Assembly (NCBI RefSeq): GCF_018977255.1 | Contig: NW_024704743.1 | Span: 48,176,001 to 48,240,000 of the forward strand | Reading direction: 5' to 3' | DNA from: Callorhinchus milii | Taxonomy: Eukaryota | Length of the DNA: 64,000 nt | Part shown: positions 12,611 through 25,342 of the stretch, in pieces | Layout of the letters: each line of letters opens with the position of its first letter | Numbering within the stretch: position 1 is the stretch's first letter | The notes under the pieces: generated by a model | Told to the model about the DNA's origin: nothing | Seen by the model: the letters and a program-made list of their open reading frames with translations, nothing else | Databases searched by the model: none | Translations under genes and position numbers: made by a program

Positions 12611-13520
12611 AAGGTACTAAAAGGTGCAAGGGCAATCTTCCACTGGCTTTCCCCCAGTAGTGAAGAGTTCAATCTCTGCTCAGCCACTTGAGGGGATAAA
12701 TGCAGACCTCAACTCAGAAACTCAAGATGTGGAAAATCTAAGGCTCAAACCCAAATCCTGGCACTGTGCGGAACAATGTGGATAGTGCCCCAGATCTAAA
12801 CTAGCGTGTCGTCCAAACCACACCTCTACATGAGCTTATTATCACCTGTAAGATCAATATGTTCACTGACAAAGGATGAATTTAGAGACTACTAATATGG
12901 TGTTGATATTTGTGTGAAGATAGAGGATATGAACATTTGATAACTGGATAATCAATGGTAACAGTTACTTACACTATATGTAGAAGAAAGAGCATTAATT
13001 TCAGAGTTTTTGTGCTGAAAATACACCATTCATTGCTGCACTATTGACTGACAAGCTAAAGAGCACAATGTTTGCATATTATTCCTAAGGTATCACAGAA
13101 CCTGATACCACCATAGTTAAATATCACAAAAGCCTAAACAAATGTATTCACAGGAACCTGAGAAGGACACCAATTCACAAAGACACCTGCAGTTAGTGAA
13201 CAGAGCCTCTGCTCTGTATGATCTGATCCAGTAATGGATTGTATGCAACTTTTAAATAAGAGGTGTGTCGTATTCCAACAAATATGAGCTTGTACCACTT
13301 AACAGTGAATTATAAGAAGTGCAAAGCTTGCTAAATCATGTACCACATAATCCGGTTTACATGTCATACCCAAGTGTAAGCCAATTCTGTATTTTACAGC
13401 TGTTGTTTTGATAAAAAGAACCCATATGTTCCACTGTTAACTTCTATATCAACTAAAAATAAAGTTATGTAGCAATGTGCAACACATATACCACCTTTTA
13501 CAGTAGTTTTACTTACTCAC

Positions 13521-13544
13521 AGTGAATGTGAATCACGATTAATT
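13521..13544 (-). CDS. Candidate 24-nt micro-exon (or start of a terminal exon)
   Basis: Acceptor TAATTTTTTCTAG, donor GTGAGT; in frame with 13617-13693 giving INRDSHSL. Confidence 0.25.
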
Positions 13545-13616
13545 CTAGAAAAATTAAGGTACCGGATAAACAAAACATATATGATTCATATTCACAGATA
13601 TACAATAAATACTCAC

Positions 13617-13693
13617 AGAAAATCTTTATGGACATATATAATTGTATCTCTCGTGGAGTTTGTCCACGTAACAATTTTTTGAAATAAATCTTT
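13617..13693 (-). CDS. Candidate 77-nt exon of an unidentified transcript
   Basis: Strong acceptor TTTTTCTGTCTTTCTGCTCCAG, donor CT|GTGAGT; open frame KDLFQKIVTWTNSTRDTIIYVHKDF (a second frame is also open). Confidence 0.33.
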
Positions 13694-13879
13694 CTGGAGC
13701 AGAAAGACAGAAAAATAATTCCTGTTACTCTTTCTACTCCAGTTGAGCATCAGGAATGGAAGGATACAATTTTTAAAATGTTGTGTTACTTCTCAGATTC
13801 TGGTGTGTTCAGCTGTGCTGAAGGGTTTCTGAGTTTTTTGTGTTTTGTTAGCTATGGCAACTATGGTGTTTTGTTAACC

Positions 13880-14170
13880 ACTTCAACCTGTCTCTGCTCC
13901 ATGTCCCCTGCCCTTCTGACCCCACCATCAGCAGTCGAGCTTTCAGCCTCTCTGCCCCCACCATTTGGAGCTCCATCCCACAGTCCCTTTGCCTCACTCC
14001 CTATATTGCTTCCTTCAAGGCACATCTTCAGCCACCCTCCTACCCTCCCTGCCATCCACCTCTCCTAATTCCAACCCCCAGCTCGGGTCCAAATCCCTAA
14101 CTGTCCAGCGCCTTGGGGTAATCCTCCTGACATGAAAGGGGCTATACAAATGTAATTTGTTGTTGTTGTT
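13880..14170 (+). mobile_element. L2 3' end fragment
   Basis: CCAGCTCGGGTCC...CAGCGCCTTGGG...GAAAGGGGCTATACAAATG(TTG)n. Confidence 0.85.
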
Positions 14171-14574
14171 AGAGTAGTTCTGTCATAAGGCTGTGAAAGA
14201 TAATGTGTTTCAAATATCATGGGAGTTATTTTTTCTGTAAAAATGTTATAATCTTTTAGAACGTTTGTGAAAGGCGAGCCACACTTATCTAAATTGAAAT
14301 CTAAGATCCCCTAATGGCTTACTTTGCAGGTTTAAATACTATGTTGACTCAGTTGAACTCAGCCTGGGCAACCCTAGCCAAAGGAGAAATTAGTCAAATG
14401 CCTTCAAAGAGAAGAAATATCAATTTTTTTTTAAAATAAGTAAGATCTTTTAATATTTGTTACCCCAATCATATTGTTTGATATATTTTTGCCTTCAAAA
14501 ATCATTTGAACATTCACGATTGCCTTAATCTGTAACCACAAAATGTAAACAAGCAACAAAAAATCAAAAATAAC

Positions 14575-14762
14575 TGAATAAATAATTTGGTGACTCAATC
14601 TATATCTATTTGTTGGACACTGCTGTGCGCAATTGGCTATCGCATTTCACCCACAAAATATGCAATCAATTCACTTTCCAGTATATCCTGTGTAATGCTT
14701 TGAGATGTCTCGAAGACATGATAAGGCGCCATATCAAATGCAAGGATTGTTATTATTATTAT
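14575..14762 (+). mobile_element. SINE 3' fragment
   Basis: Deu-like block, stem-loop and (ATT)n tail. Confidence 0.85.
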
Positions 14763-17700
14763 AAATGTCAATAAGATTGTTTTACATTCAATCACAAAGC
14801 TGTAATAGTGGCTCGGTCGGAATAAAAGTATTTTTTTGTGAATGAATTTTGTTGAAAATGAGAATGAAGAAAGGAGAACAAAAACCTCTACAAGAATTAT
14901 TTGGCTGCTTTGTGGAGTTGCTGGGCAGTTAATGGTGGTATCAACCTTGATCTTGCTGCTAACCAGCTGGATGCGTTGTGACCATTATAAACACGAAAAG
15001 TCATATGGTTGGTAGGATTAGAGAACAGACATACACACATATACTTGTGCATATATACCCGCATGGGCACACTGGCACATGCTACACACACAAGCACATG
15101 CACATATATAGATGTAATTTTGTAAAATCTGATGAAGCATTTATTTTTACAATGCATTGGTTGTACGATTAGTTCATGTTTAAAGTAATACTGGGGGTTC
15201 AAAATGACCTCAGACCTGAAATCATCTCAGAGTCAAAGTCTTGTGATTTGTTGTTATCCACATAGGGGTTTGGTTGAAAATCCAGGTTATGGTGCAAAAC
15301 ACTTTTCCTGCGGCAAGGCACCAAAAACACAACCACTTTCCTGAGAAGTAATTTTTCATCTGAATAATCCTTGGGTTTCCTTGAAGCAAATTGAATTTTC
15401 AGCCTTCTTAAATAATCAATCCTTTAAAAACATAAAAATCTTAACACTGTGAATGTTAATCAACAACAACAATTTACACTTACATAGCACCCTCCTCCAC
15501 GCAGGTTAGGGTCTCAGAGCGCTTAACATTGACACAGCTTGACCAGAATCGATAATTAAAAAGGAATGCTACTAGGCTTGATCATTGAGATTTCTAATAT
15601 ATGCCCGATGCTGGTCATCGTGTGAAGGTCTTGAAGTGCCATGTGCATATTGGCTCCACAAAGCATTAATTTTAATTGTCAAGAGTTGAAGCAGACAGCT
15701 GGAATTGGGCAAGATGAGCTATGGGAAACTCATATGTGTATAGGAGAAATACTAAAAAAGTAAATTAATCAAACAGTACTGGTTTCAATTACCAGACTCA
15801 GTATTAGGGGCAATACATAAATAGTCAATTATTCAACCAGATCTTAGTTACCTGACTAAAAATGTATAATTATCGCACAGTTTTGGTATGTACAAAAATA
15901 ATTGTTAGTAATGGCACAGTAGATGTGCAAAGCAAAAATAATTGATAGTAGTTGCATTGTAAGTTATTAATGCCTAAGAGTAGCTTCACAGTTTTTTTTA
16001 ATGTACAAATAATTGTATCATATCTTATTTATTACCCTAAGATAGTCTTATCACCTTTGACGATAAGCATGATGCCCTCCTGACATTTTCATTGGGTATC
16101 CCACTGAGCATTAAAAAGGCATTTACACATGTCAGGATCCATAGTTGCAAGAGCCAAGAAAAACTAGAAGAAATGGCAATTAGAAGCAGATTGAAGCAAA
16201 CAGGAAAAAATACATTTATTCTGGAATCAATAATGCTTTTGTCACTGTGGGCTCTTGTAGCATCTTAGCGCAATGAAAATAATAAGAATTTATCTACTGC
16301 AGCAGAACAACACTTTGTCAGTCACTGTAACTTAATTGGCCCTGAATTATTAAACTTTCATGCTTGTGAAACATCTCTAGCACATCAATGTTATCAACTG
16401 ACATCCAGACTATTTTTTTACTTTGACAGAATTTCAAACAGTGAATTCATTTGGTTGCCCATTTTCATTAGAGCTAGGAATTTTTTCTATACGTTTATGT
16501 AACGGCCAGGGATGATTACTAAATCCAAACCACACTGGTTGATATTTGTTTTGCTTGTACAAATCCCAAAGCCCAAATCCAGCTTCATGACTATTGTAGC
16601 TGTAGCCATAAAAAATATACAGAGGTAGGTTAGCTTTTTGAATCAACATACCCATCAAGTACTTTTTGGATTTCCAAGCCAAAACTCATGCTTATTCACA
16701 GCAGAGGATTTAGGAAAACAAAGATAATTATAGGCTTGAGAGTCTGGTACAACTTTTAAAATAAATAAAAATGTATTTAAAGGTACTTTTTGTTGGAAAG
16801 ATTTTTGATAATGACTATCCCTTTTTAATTGTTATCATAGATCTGCAATTGAACTATATATAACCACCAGCAGCTTGAACTCACCAGACAAATGACAAAT
16901 GCAAATTTTTGCTTTGCAACCAAGTAACAATTATAATTTGATTGTTCATCAATTTTATTAAGAGAAGAAACTATTACTGTGTACTGTCTCTCTTCCACTT
17001 ATGCTTCCTTTCTCCCTGGGATTGAAAAGACTTTATCACAGGCAAGTGACAACAAAAAAGACAGAGGTTAGAGGCCTTAGTGATTTCGGGCCAAACCACT
17101 GTGCTGAGTGCTTAGTATTCACGACCAAATCTATGAATGCTTGAGATGTTTGGATCGTAATTTTCCTTGTGTGATAATTGTCACTGGTCAGAATTATTGC
17201 CTGGTGATAATTATAACACCCTTATAGTTCTCTGAAATGTATTACGATTTATGGTGTGAAAGTCAGGGCATTTCGCAGCGAGTTCCTGCTATGAAATCAT
17301 GAAACTCAGGAACATGTTATGAAATACCACAATTTCACTCCATAGTGTGTACAATATATTATAACCACAATAAGTGTGCAGTTTGTTCATATTGTGAGTA
17401 TGGAACCATTTTATTGCAATTATCAAACTGAAGGTCAAACGAGATGAAACAGCAAAGTAGTTATATGTAATGTGGTTCCACAGATAGGTATATCCAAGTT
17501 AATGATGCCTTTTTCCTTTTGAAAAGATATGATACACAAACATTTTTTTCATTCACCCTAGTCAGCTGCCTGCCACAATGATGAGCACAGTGAGCAGACT
17601 GCAGAGATGCCACAATGGCAAAAGGAAAACATTGCGGGAAAAGCGGAGGGTGGAAAGAATTGACAAATAGCATATCTATAAAAACAGTGATATTGAAATG

Positions 17701-19439
17701 CAAACTGAAAGCAAACAAGGTTAAAATGATTTCTGTGCTATCATCTGTGGATCAACTTTTGAAACATATTTGCCAAATTGATATACTGATATTGCAGAAT
17801 ACCTTTGTTTGCAGTCCCTGGAAGGCATATCAAAGTAAAACACTTTGAGAAACCTATTTCTGATATGAATGCTGTTGTTGAAAATGGCAGTTCAGAATTG
17901 CATGTGACAGTTGATAACAGGTTCTGGCCTGAAAGATTTGGCAAGACACTATAAGATATCGTTTGATGTATAACAGCTACTGACATTTATACAGACAGAC
18001 TTCCATAGCTGCTACTGCACATTAGATGTCACAATTATTTCAAAGGTAACTATAACTCATGTGTTTATTTGGATTTCATATATGAACTCCCCAACCAATA
18101 CATACAAGATGGAAACAAGGTTGAAGTGGTCAGGCAAAGAGATTTAAAAGTAGAAAAACAGAAATTATAAATAGAAGGTTCTAAAACACAAATAAAAATG
18201 GCCAGAAGAAAACATCTAGAAAAAAATGAAAAGAAATACATGTCTGAGTCAAGTTTACATTTGTGATGTCAATCAAATTATCTTCACTGGAGTATGGCAA
18301 ACACTTTGAAGTGCTAACTAACTGAGATAGATGCCTTCAAGCTCAGCAGCAACAGAAGCTTTATTATGAAATGCTGGTGTCAGATGTCATTTATGGCTTA
18401 CCATGTATCATTGTGCTCAATACAACCACAGCTGCAAAGATTGCATAGCTGATTCCAAACAAGTGTTCTGTGTATCTTACTGCAACCAAATTTACAAAAG
18501 ATCAGAAATAGAACTTCAGTAGACCTTGATGGTTTCCCAGCTTGGTACATTTATGGGGCCACAGATTTAAGAGATCCAGTAGGTTATTACAATATAACCA
18601 TATCACACATTGAACATAGTTTCAGGTTGTCTTACCATAAAGATGTAAAATGTGCCTCTGCAAAACTCATTCCGTAACATTGCCCAAGATGTCAGATATC
18701 TTTCAGCACTTCCACTGTGACATTTCTCAGTGTCTTCTCATTTCCCTACAAGCATGTCTAGAGCTGTGCTGTAAAATGCTACCTTCAAAGTACTATAGTA
18801 TGAGATGGGTTAAACAACCCATCAGCAAAAAAACAAAATCCAAACAAGAGTGAATACACATTCTTTTGAAACTCATGTGTTGAATTGCTAGCTTGCTTTT
18901 GAAAATCATGGGATGAGGTCACATCTATTAGCCATAGAAAAGAACAGTCAAAATGTATTTTATGTGTTTCATATGAGTCCTAGTGAAAAAAATCAGCAGA
19001 TTAATTCTACGTTTGGAATCCACTGCCACAACTATGTGGATCTTCTACTGTTGATACAAAATGAGTAAGTTTATTAAATGAATAATTGAGCCATGCAGAC
19101 CAACTGGAAATATTATATATTTGTTGTCTTGTCTGTGCTGTTAATTGTTCTCAGCCAGTCAGGACAGACAAGATAATCAGTCTGGGTTCTCTGTCCAGCG
19201 AACCCTGTTGGAGATACCAGTTTGAATACGTTGAGTGAGACCTAGTTTGGCCTTGTCTGTGTTGCCCTTTCATGGTCGAACCGCCAGATAACACTGATTG
19301 TTGAGGCTCATGTGTAAATAATGGTTGGACAAGATAAAGGAGGGCATCCTGCCCATTGAGCTGCACTCCAATAGAAGTAAACAGGATCAAGCACCGTCAG
19401 GAAAGATGGGCAAAAAATTGGTTAAAGAGAGATTAAAAA

Positions 19440-21130
19440 ACAAATTTCAGTAGTGGATGCTCTATTAGAAGTGGTGCGAAAGCAACTGATGGAACTCAAA
19501 GAGGACAAGTCACCAGAGCCTTATGGCACACATCCGAGAACGTTGAGGGAAGTCCGGGAGAAAATAGTAGATGCTCTTACTACAATTTTTGAACATTTAT
19601 GGAGTCAAAAGTTGTGCCAGGAGACTGGAGGGTAGCTCTGTTTAAAAAAGGAGAATAAGACTAGCCTGCTATTTATAGACTGGTCATTCAAATATCCATA
19701 GTGGGCAAACTTTTAGAAATTATAATCTGGGATAATATTAATGACAACTTGGAAAGACAATGCTCTTTAAATGCAGTCAGCATGGATTATTAAGGGCAGG
19801 TCTTGTTTGACAAATCTAATAGAGTTTTTTGACGAGATAATCGAGAAAATAGATCAAGGTATTGCTTTGAATGTGGTATACTTGTATATGGATTTTCAGA
19901 AAGCTTTTAATAAGGTGCAGCATAATAATAATCCTTGCATTTATTATAGCCTTATCACGTTGTTGAGATGTCTCAAAGTGCTTCAGAGTATATTATATAG
20001 TGGATTAATTATGTATTTTGTGGGCGAAATGCAGCAGTCAGTTGCACACAGCTGTGTCCCACAACCAGTTGTGGATTGAATGACCAAATTTTATTATTAG
20101 AGTTATTATTACCCTGGAAAGCATTCCCCCAATCGACTAACAACCGAGTTCCTACTTACTGCTAGCTAAACAGAGTGTGTGGAGTAAGTAAGGTTTTGCC
20201 CAGGCTGGGAATTATACCCGGGTCCTTACACTTGAGAGACGAGCGTGCTAACAACCATGTTACGGAACTCCACAAAGCCTCTGCATAGGAGGTTGGTTAA
20301 AAAAAATGAGGGCATATGGTATTTATGGAAAAATAATAGCATGGATAAAAAAATTGATTAAAGGATAGGAAACAGGGAGTGAGAGTACAAGGTTGTTATT
20401 CACAATGGTGAGATTTAAATAATGGTAAAATATTAAAAGGAGTGGATGAACAAAAGGGACTTGGGGAATAATGTCCATAAATCCTTAAAGGACGGAAGGC
20501 AGGTGGACAAAGCAGTCAAAAAATCTAATGGAATCTTAAATTTTATAAATAGGGGTATAGAATATAAAAGCAATGATGTAATGCTCAACTTTAATAAATC
20601 ATTAGTTAGACCTCAGTTTGAATATTTTGTCCAGTATCAGTTATCTCACTTTAGGAAAGACATCAAAGCCATAGAGGAAGTGCAGAGGAGATTTAGTAGG
20701 ATGAAACCAGGGTTGAGAGGTTTGGCCTATCAGCAGAGATGGGGGAAACTGGAACAAAGAAAGTTGAGGGGTGACCTGATAGAGGTTTTTAAAATCATGA
20801 GGGGTTTTGATAGAGTCAATAAGGAGAAATTATTTCCACTGGTCAGTAAGTCAGGTAGTTACGATAGTTAGTAAATAAGTAACGAGGAGAAAGTGTTTCA
20901 TGCACAGAGTAGTGAGGATATGGAATGTCCTGCCGGGAACAATGGTTGAGGAAAATTCCATATTGGCCTTTAAGAGGGAACTAGATAAATACCTTAAAAA
21001 GACAGAAGCAGGGGATGGAAAAAGGGCAGGTAAGCAGGACTGAAAGGATTGCTCTTGAGGGAGCTGGCACAGACACAATGGGTCAAATGGTCTTCTTTGC
21101 CTCGCATTTCTATGGTTCTATGGTTCTATT
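19440..21130 (+). mobile_element. Degraded, internally deleted CR1 LINE
   Basis: Peptides LKEDKSPEPYGTHPRTLRE, KGRSCLTNLIEFFD, YMDFQKAFNKV, LVRPQFEY, RGDLIEVFKIM; tail (TTCTATGG)n. Confidence 0.9.
19922..20273 (-). mobile_element. Long-variant SINE inserted in the CR1 RT region
   Basis: Reverse-strand GTGGAGTTCCGT head, TAGCAGTAAGTAGGAAC internal block, (ATT)n tail. Confidence 0.85.
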
Positions 21131-21340
21131 GGTAATGTCACACTACTCCTGAGACCACACACATTACATAAATCTGCCACAGCCATCAAAGTGAGATGAA
21201 CAACACTGATACTTTATCTGGACTCAAAGACTGTAGTGCATCAGCATGGTATAAAATGACTGTAAAACCAAGTTGAGAATTGATTAGAAATCACTTCTAT
21301 TTCCTGATCAATCAATATAAATCTTTACAAAGATCTATAT

Positions 21341-21660
21341 AATAAATAATAATAATCCTTGCTTTTGATATAGCACTTTTCATATCTTCTGAATGTCTCA
21401 AAGCGCTTCACGGAATATACTGTAAAGTGAATTGACTGTATATTTGTGGGCAAAATGTGGCAGCCGATTGTGCACAGCAGTGTCTCACAAACAGTCGTGG
21501 ATTGAAGTGACCAATTTATTATTGTTGTTTTTTTTTCTTGAGGGGTTATTATCAGGCACGTAGAGTAAGGAAACTTACCCAAGGATTTGTCCTGCCAGGA
21601 ATTGCCCAGGTCTCTTGTTTGTGCGGCAAGTGCTCTAACCACTGAAGTACAGGACTCCAC
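21341..21660 (-). mobile_element. Full-length short-variant SINE
   Basis: Reverse complement of the 972-1287 family, with head GTGGAGTCCTGTAC. Confidence 0.9.
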
Positions 21661-23375
21661 AAATCTACAAATTCATTTTAATATTACCTATACTTAAAAC
21701 AGCAGAATAGTTACAATGCATCATCTACCTAATAATATTTAACATTCACCGACTGGAGTCAACAGCACTTTGTTTTTCTCTCTGAAGTGTACATTTCATT
21801 CATCTCACAGGAAATTACTGCTCCTAAACAACTGCTGTCACTTCAAATTAGTGAATTGACAGTTTGTAAAAGGTGTCAATGATTCTTCCTGTAACTTTTT
21901 AAAGAAAAATAATATGAATCCACAGTATTATATATTTTGTCACTGTCATATCATCTTAAAATGTTGAGTTGTAAAGATATTCGTCATTTAAATAAATGTG
22001 CTTGTCAAAGCTAGGACAATGGGTTGCCCTGAAGCTGGCTGGAGGCTACAGCCAGCTGCGTTTTGATATTAAGACCTATCCAGAGGGCGTTTGCTGGGCC
22101 AGATTTCTGTATTTATTCCTTACTTAGATTCCATACTGACCTGAGATCTGTCATGTTTCTCAGCACTTACGTACCTTTACAAAGCAAATCCACCAAGCAA
22201 TAACTGTCAGCTTACTTCCACCTGCATGAAAAACATCTCTTCCATTTCAGTATCAGTCACAGCTCCAAGGATTTTTTAAAGGCTGCTCTCGTAATTTGCT
22301 AAGGAAGTATTCTAAATTAGATGTTTTATTTTGCTGACCCACAGAAATTGTGCTCCAAAGTCTACTTCCAGTTGTGGTGAATGCACAACCTTTACCTATG
22401 GATACAAGATTTAGGATTCCTTGCATATTCTGTTGTGAACACCACAATTTAGACCCAAAACATGTATATACAGGCTGACCAAAAAGTTGTGTTACCATTA
22501 CAATGTCTAATAAGTCTTAAATAAATTATGATTTTTTTTTAGATAATAGGTTTAGATATCACAACTTTTTGGTCACCCTCTATTTAAATATATACATGCA
22601 CGTGTGTGCAATTGATTGGACATTTGTACTATCATAAGATTCACTAAAAGTTAACATTGTAAACCCTAAAGTGTTCTTTTTGCTGGACACCACTGGAACA
22701 CTATCCTTTATTCTTTTATGAGGGAAAACTATGTATGTAACATGAGTTGGCCAAGAGCTCTCATTATTTTCACATTTTACAGTGTAGACTAATGATGGGA
22801 AACTGCTTCCTTTTCTCACACTACTCCGTACCTCAGGTGTCCGGACTATGAAGTTTCACAAAAGCAATCAGTTGTTTGAGCCTCAGCAAACAGTGCCATG
22901 CATTCACGAATAGATGCTTAAAAGTAGCTGGTAACAGACTGACAAGAACTGTCAGGCACAGGTTATATTTCAGCTGCTTCTTTAGCTGAAGGCAGATAAT
23001 TTATGCCTCACCTGATGACTGTATATTCCCCAGACCAAACTCACTGAAATAATGGAGGAATGTTAATTGAACATACCTTAGATTCTGTAATGCTAATGAT
23101 CCCGTTTGCATTCTGTACCACCTGAGCCTGGCTTGTAACAACTATAGATACTGCAGACAGATTGACAGTGTCATGTCAGGATGCCTAAAGGTGAATTCAG
23201 ATAATAAAGAAATTAGATAGAATGTCAGACAGAGTCCCGATAAGAGAAACGCTATCCCCAGGTGAAGCCACTTCACAAAATTACTCTTAGTTCTTCAACC
23301 TTGTTCTGGAAAACCTTCACACACCTATGTTACGGTAAGATCCACAGAACAGATTTAGGCCCTGTAAGGAATTTT

Positions 23376-23790
23376 AATAATTCTTGCATTTGATACAGCA
23401 CCTTATCATGTTGTTGAGACATCTCAAAACGCTTCACAGGATATATTGTAAAATGGTTTGACTGTGCATTTTGTGGGTGAAACGTAGCAGCCAGTTGTGC
23501 AGAGCCATGTCCCACAAACAGCCATGGAGTTAGTGACCAATTTTATTTGGGAGGTTGTTGGCCAGGACACCGGGAGAAGCTCCCTTCTCTTTTTGAATAG
23601 TTCCATGGAATCTTTAACATCCACTTGATCAGGCAGACAAGATCTCGGTTTAACATCTCATCTGAAGGTTGGCACTTCCAGCAATGCAACACAACCCCAG
23701 CACTCCAATGGAGTATCAATTTAGATTATGTGATTCCAAGTCCCGATGTGGGGCTTGAACACACAACCTTCTGATTCAAAGTTGAGAGTG
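23376..23790 (-). mobile_element. DeuSINE (SacSINE1-like), near full length
   Basis: tRNA-like head (TCAGAAGGTTGTGTGTTCAAG), Deu-like core (GGATGTTAAAGATTCCATGG...GTGTCCTGGCCAAC), L2-type tail. Confidence 0.8.
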
Positions 23791-24164
23791 CTGCCGCTGA
23801 ACGAAACTGACACAGATTTTGTTACAGATTTTGTTAACTTGTTATTGAATAGCTTCCTTGACTCCAGTTCTAAACCGGAACATAAATTTCTTAACTGTCC
23901 TATTTACTCTTCGCTGGCTACCATTCTGATCACAGATTTCAGACAACATCATTGTTAATCAAGAATCTTACAATGTATTAGGATTCAGTGCTTTAAAATT
24001 CAGAAACAATCAACAATCTCATCTAGAACAATGCTAAATGAGTCTTTCCTCTCAATCCTCTTGAACCACAATCTAAATTGCCTTAAGTCCCCCAAAAATG
24101 TGTACTTTTTAAAAGATGCAAGTGGTCTACACTTTTACTTAAGAAGCAGTTTGATACAATAGAA

Positions 24165-24655
24165 AATACAAAATGACATTTGTATAGTGCCTTTCACATC
24201 AGGAGGATGTCCCAAGGCGCTGAACAGTCAGGGATTTGGACCCAAGCAGTGGGTGGGGGGAGGGGGGGGAGGGGGGGAGGGGGGGAGGTTGGGATCAGGG
24301 GTGTTGGAGGGCAGGTAGGGTAGGACGGTGGCTGAATGCATGGTTGAAGGGGAGGGTCTTGAGATGTTGCTTGAAGGAGGCAAGGGAAGGAGTGCGGTGA
24401 AGGGAATGTGAGATGGAGTTCTAAAGGGAGGGGGAAGAGAGGCTGATGGCCTGACTGCCGATGGTGGGGTAAGGTGTGCAGGGCATGTGGAGCAGGCCAG
24501 AGCCTGCTGAGCGGAGAGAGCGGACAGTTTGTTGAGGGATTAGCAAATCACAGAGCCTGTGGAGGCCCTTGAAGGTGAGAATGAGGATTTTGAACTCTAT
24601 CCTCTGAGGGATGGGGAGCCAGTGGAGCCAGGCGAGGGTGGGCGTGATAGTATCC
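24165..24655 (-). mobile_element. L2 3' fragment
   Basis: CCTTTCACATCAGGAGGATGTCCCAAGGCGCTG tail, G-rich UTR on the + strand, coding remnant LARLHWLPIPQR. Confidence 0.88.
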
Positions 24656-24821
24656 CCTACCCCTCAAAGTTCAGAGCAAGAAATTGCAGAGGGAAGGAGA
24701 AGAAATGTCAATTGAACTCGTAGAGGACGTCTTTAAAGGTCCTTAAGAAAAAAAATCCTTGCACAATTGTGCAACTGTGTTGAACTCCAGATTAGATCTG
24801 GAAGAAACATGAGTCATAAAG

Positions 24822-25342
24822 GCGATGAATTGTGAATTGAAAATAAACATAGATAGCAATGAATAGTGTGGTGTTTTTCTGGTGGAGAACACAAGTACAG
24901 CAACCATGGCATTGAAAAAGTGTTTGAGTGGGAAAACTGGAGCCTAAATGAAGCAAACGCTGGCAAGTGATTTAGGATGTAAAGCACACCATGCATAGTT
25001 TGTACATCACACCAACCGATGAAAACAACAACAAATTACATTTATAGAGTCCCTTTCACGTTCGGGACATCCCAAGGCACTGAATAGTCAAGGGTTTCCA
25101 CCCGAGCTGTGGGCTCTGTGTCCCCTGTACATCCCACCATGTTCCACCTATGAGAACTCTGCTCCAATGAGCTCTCGGCTCAGAGCTGAGTACTTGTGAA
25201 TTGGTATGACATACATAAGGTTTCCTGTCCTTTCTATCACATAATCACTTAACATCGATATATATGTACTTGTGTTCTCCATCAGAAAAAGACTACATTA
25301 TTCATTGTTTTCTATATTCATTTTCAATTTACAATTCATTGC
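24822..25342. repeat. 78-bp inverted repeat pair (24822-24899 / 25265-25342), probably TIRs of an old MITE; L2 tail inserted at ~25023-25110
   Basis: Manual alignment: 68/78 identical, no gaps. Confidence 0.85.

Noticed and set aside
18452..18677. Stop-free + strand stretch of about 70 codons (…VDLDGFPAWYIYGATDLRDPVGYY…)
   Set aside because: No start codon context or good acceptor and no recognised homology
22170..22240. GGSKLTV peptide resembling an antigen-receptor J segment
   Set aside because: No FGxG motif and no heptamer/nonamer recombination signal
23008..23050. CTGATGA...GAAA hammerhead-like core (also degenerate near 51115-51140)
   Set aside because: Stem II and the flanking stems cannot form
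24250..24295. G-run tract with G-quadruplex potential
   Set aside because: It is the expanded pyrimidine tract of an L2 3' UTR read on the opposite strand
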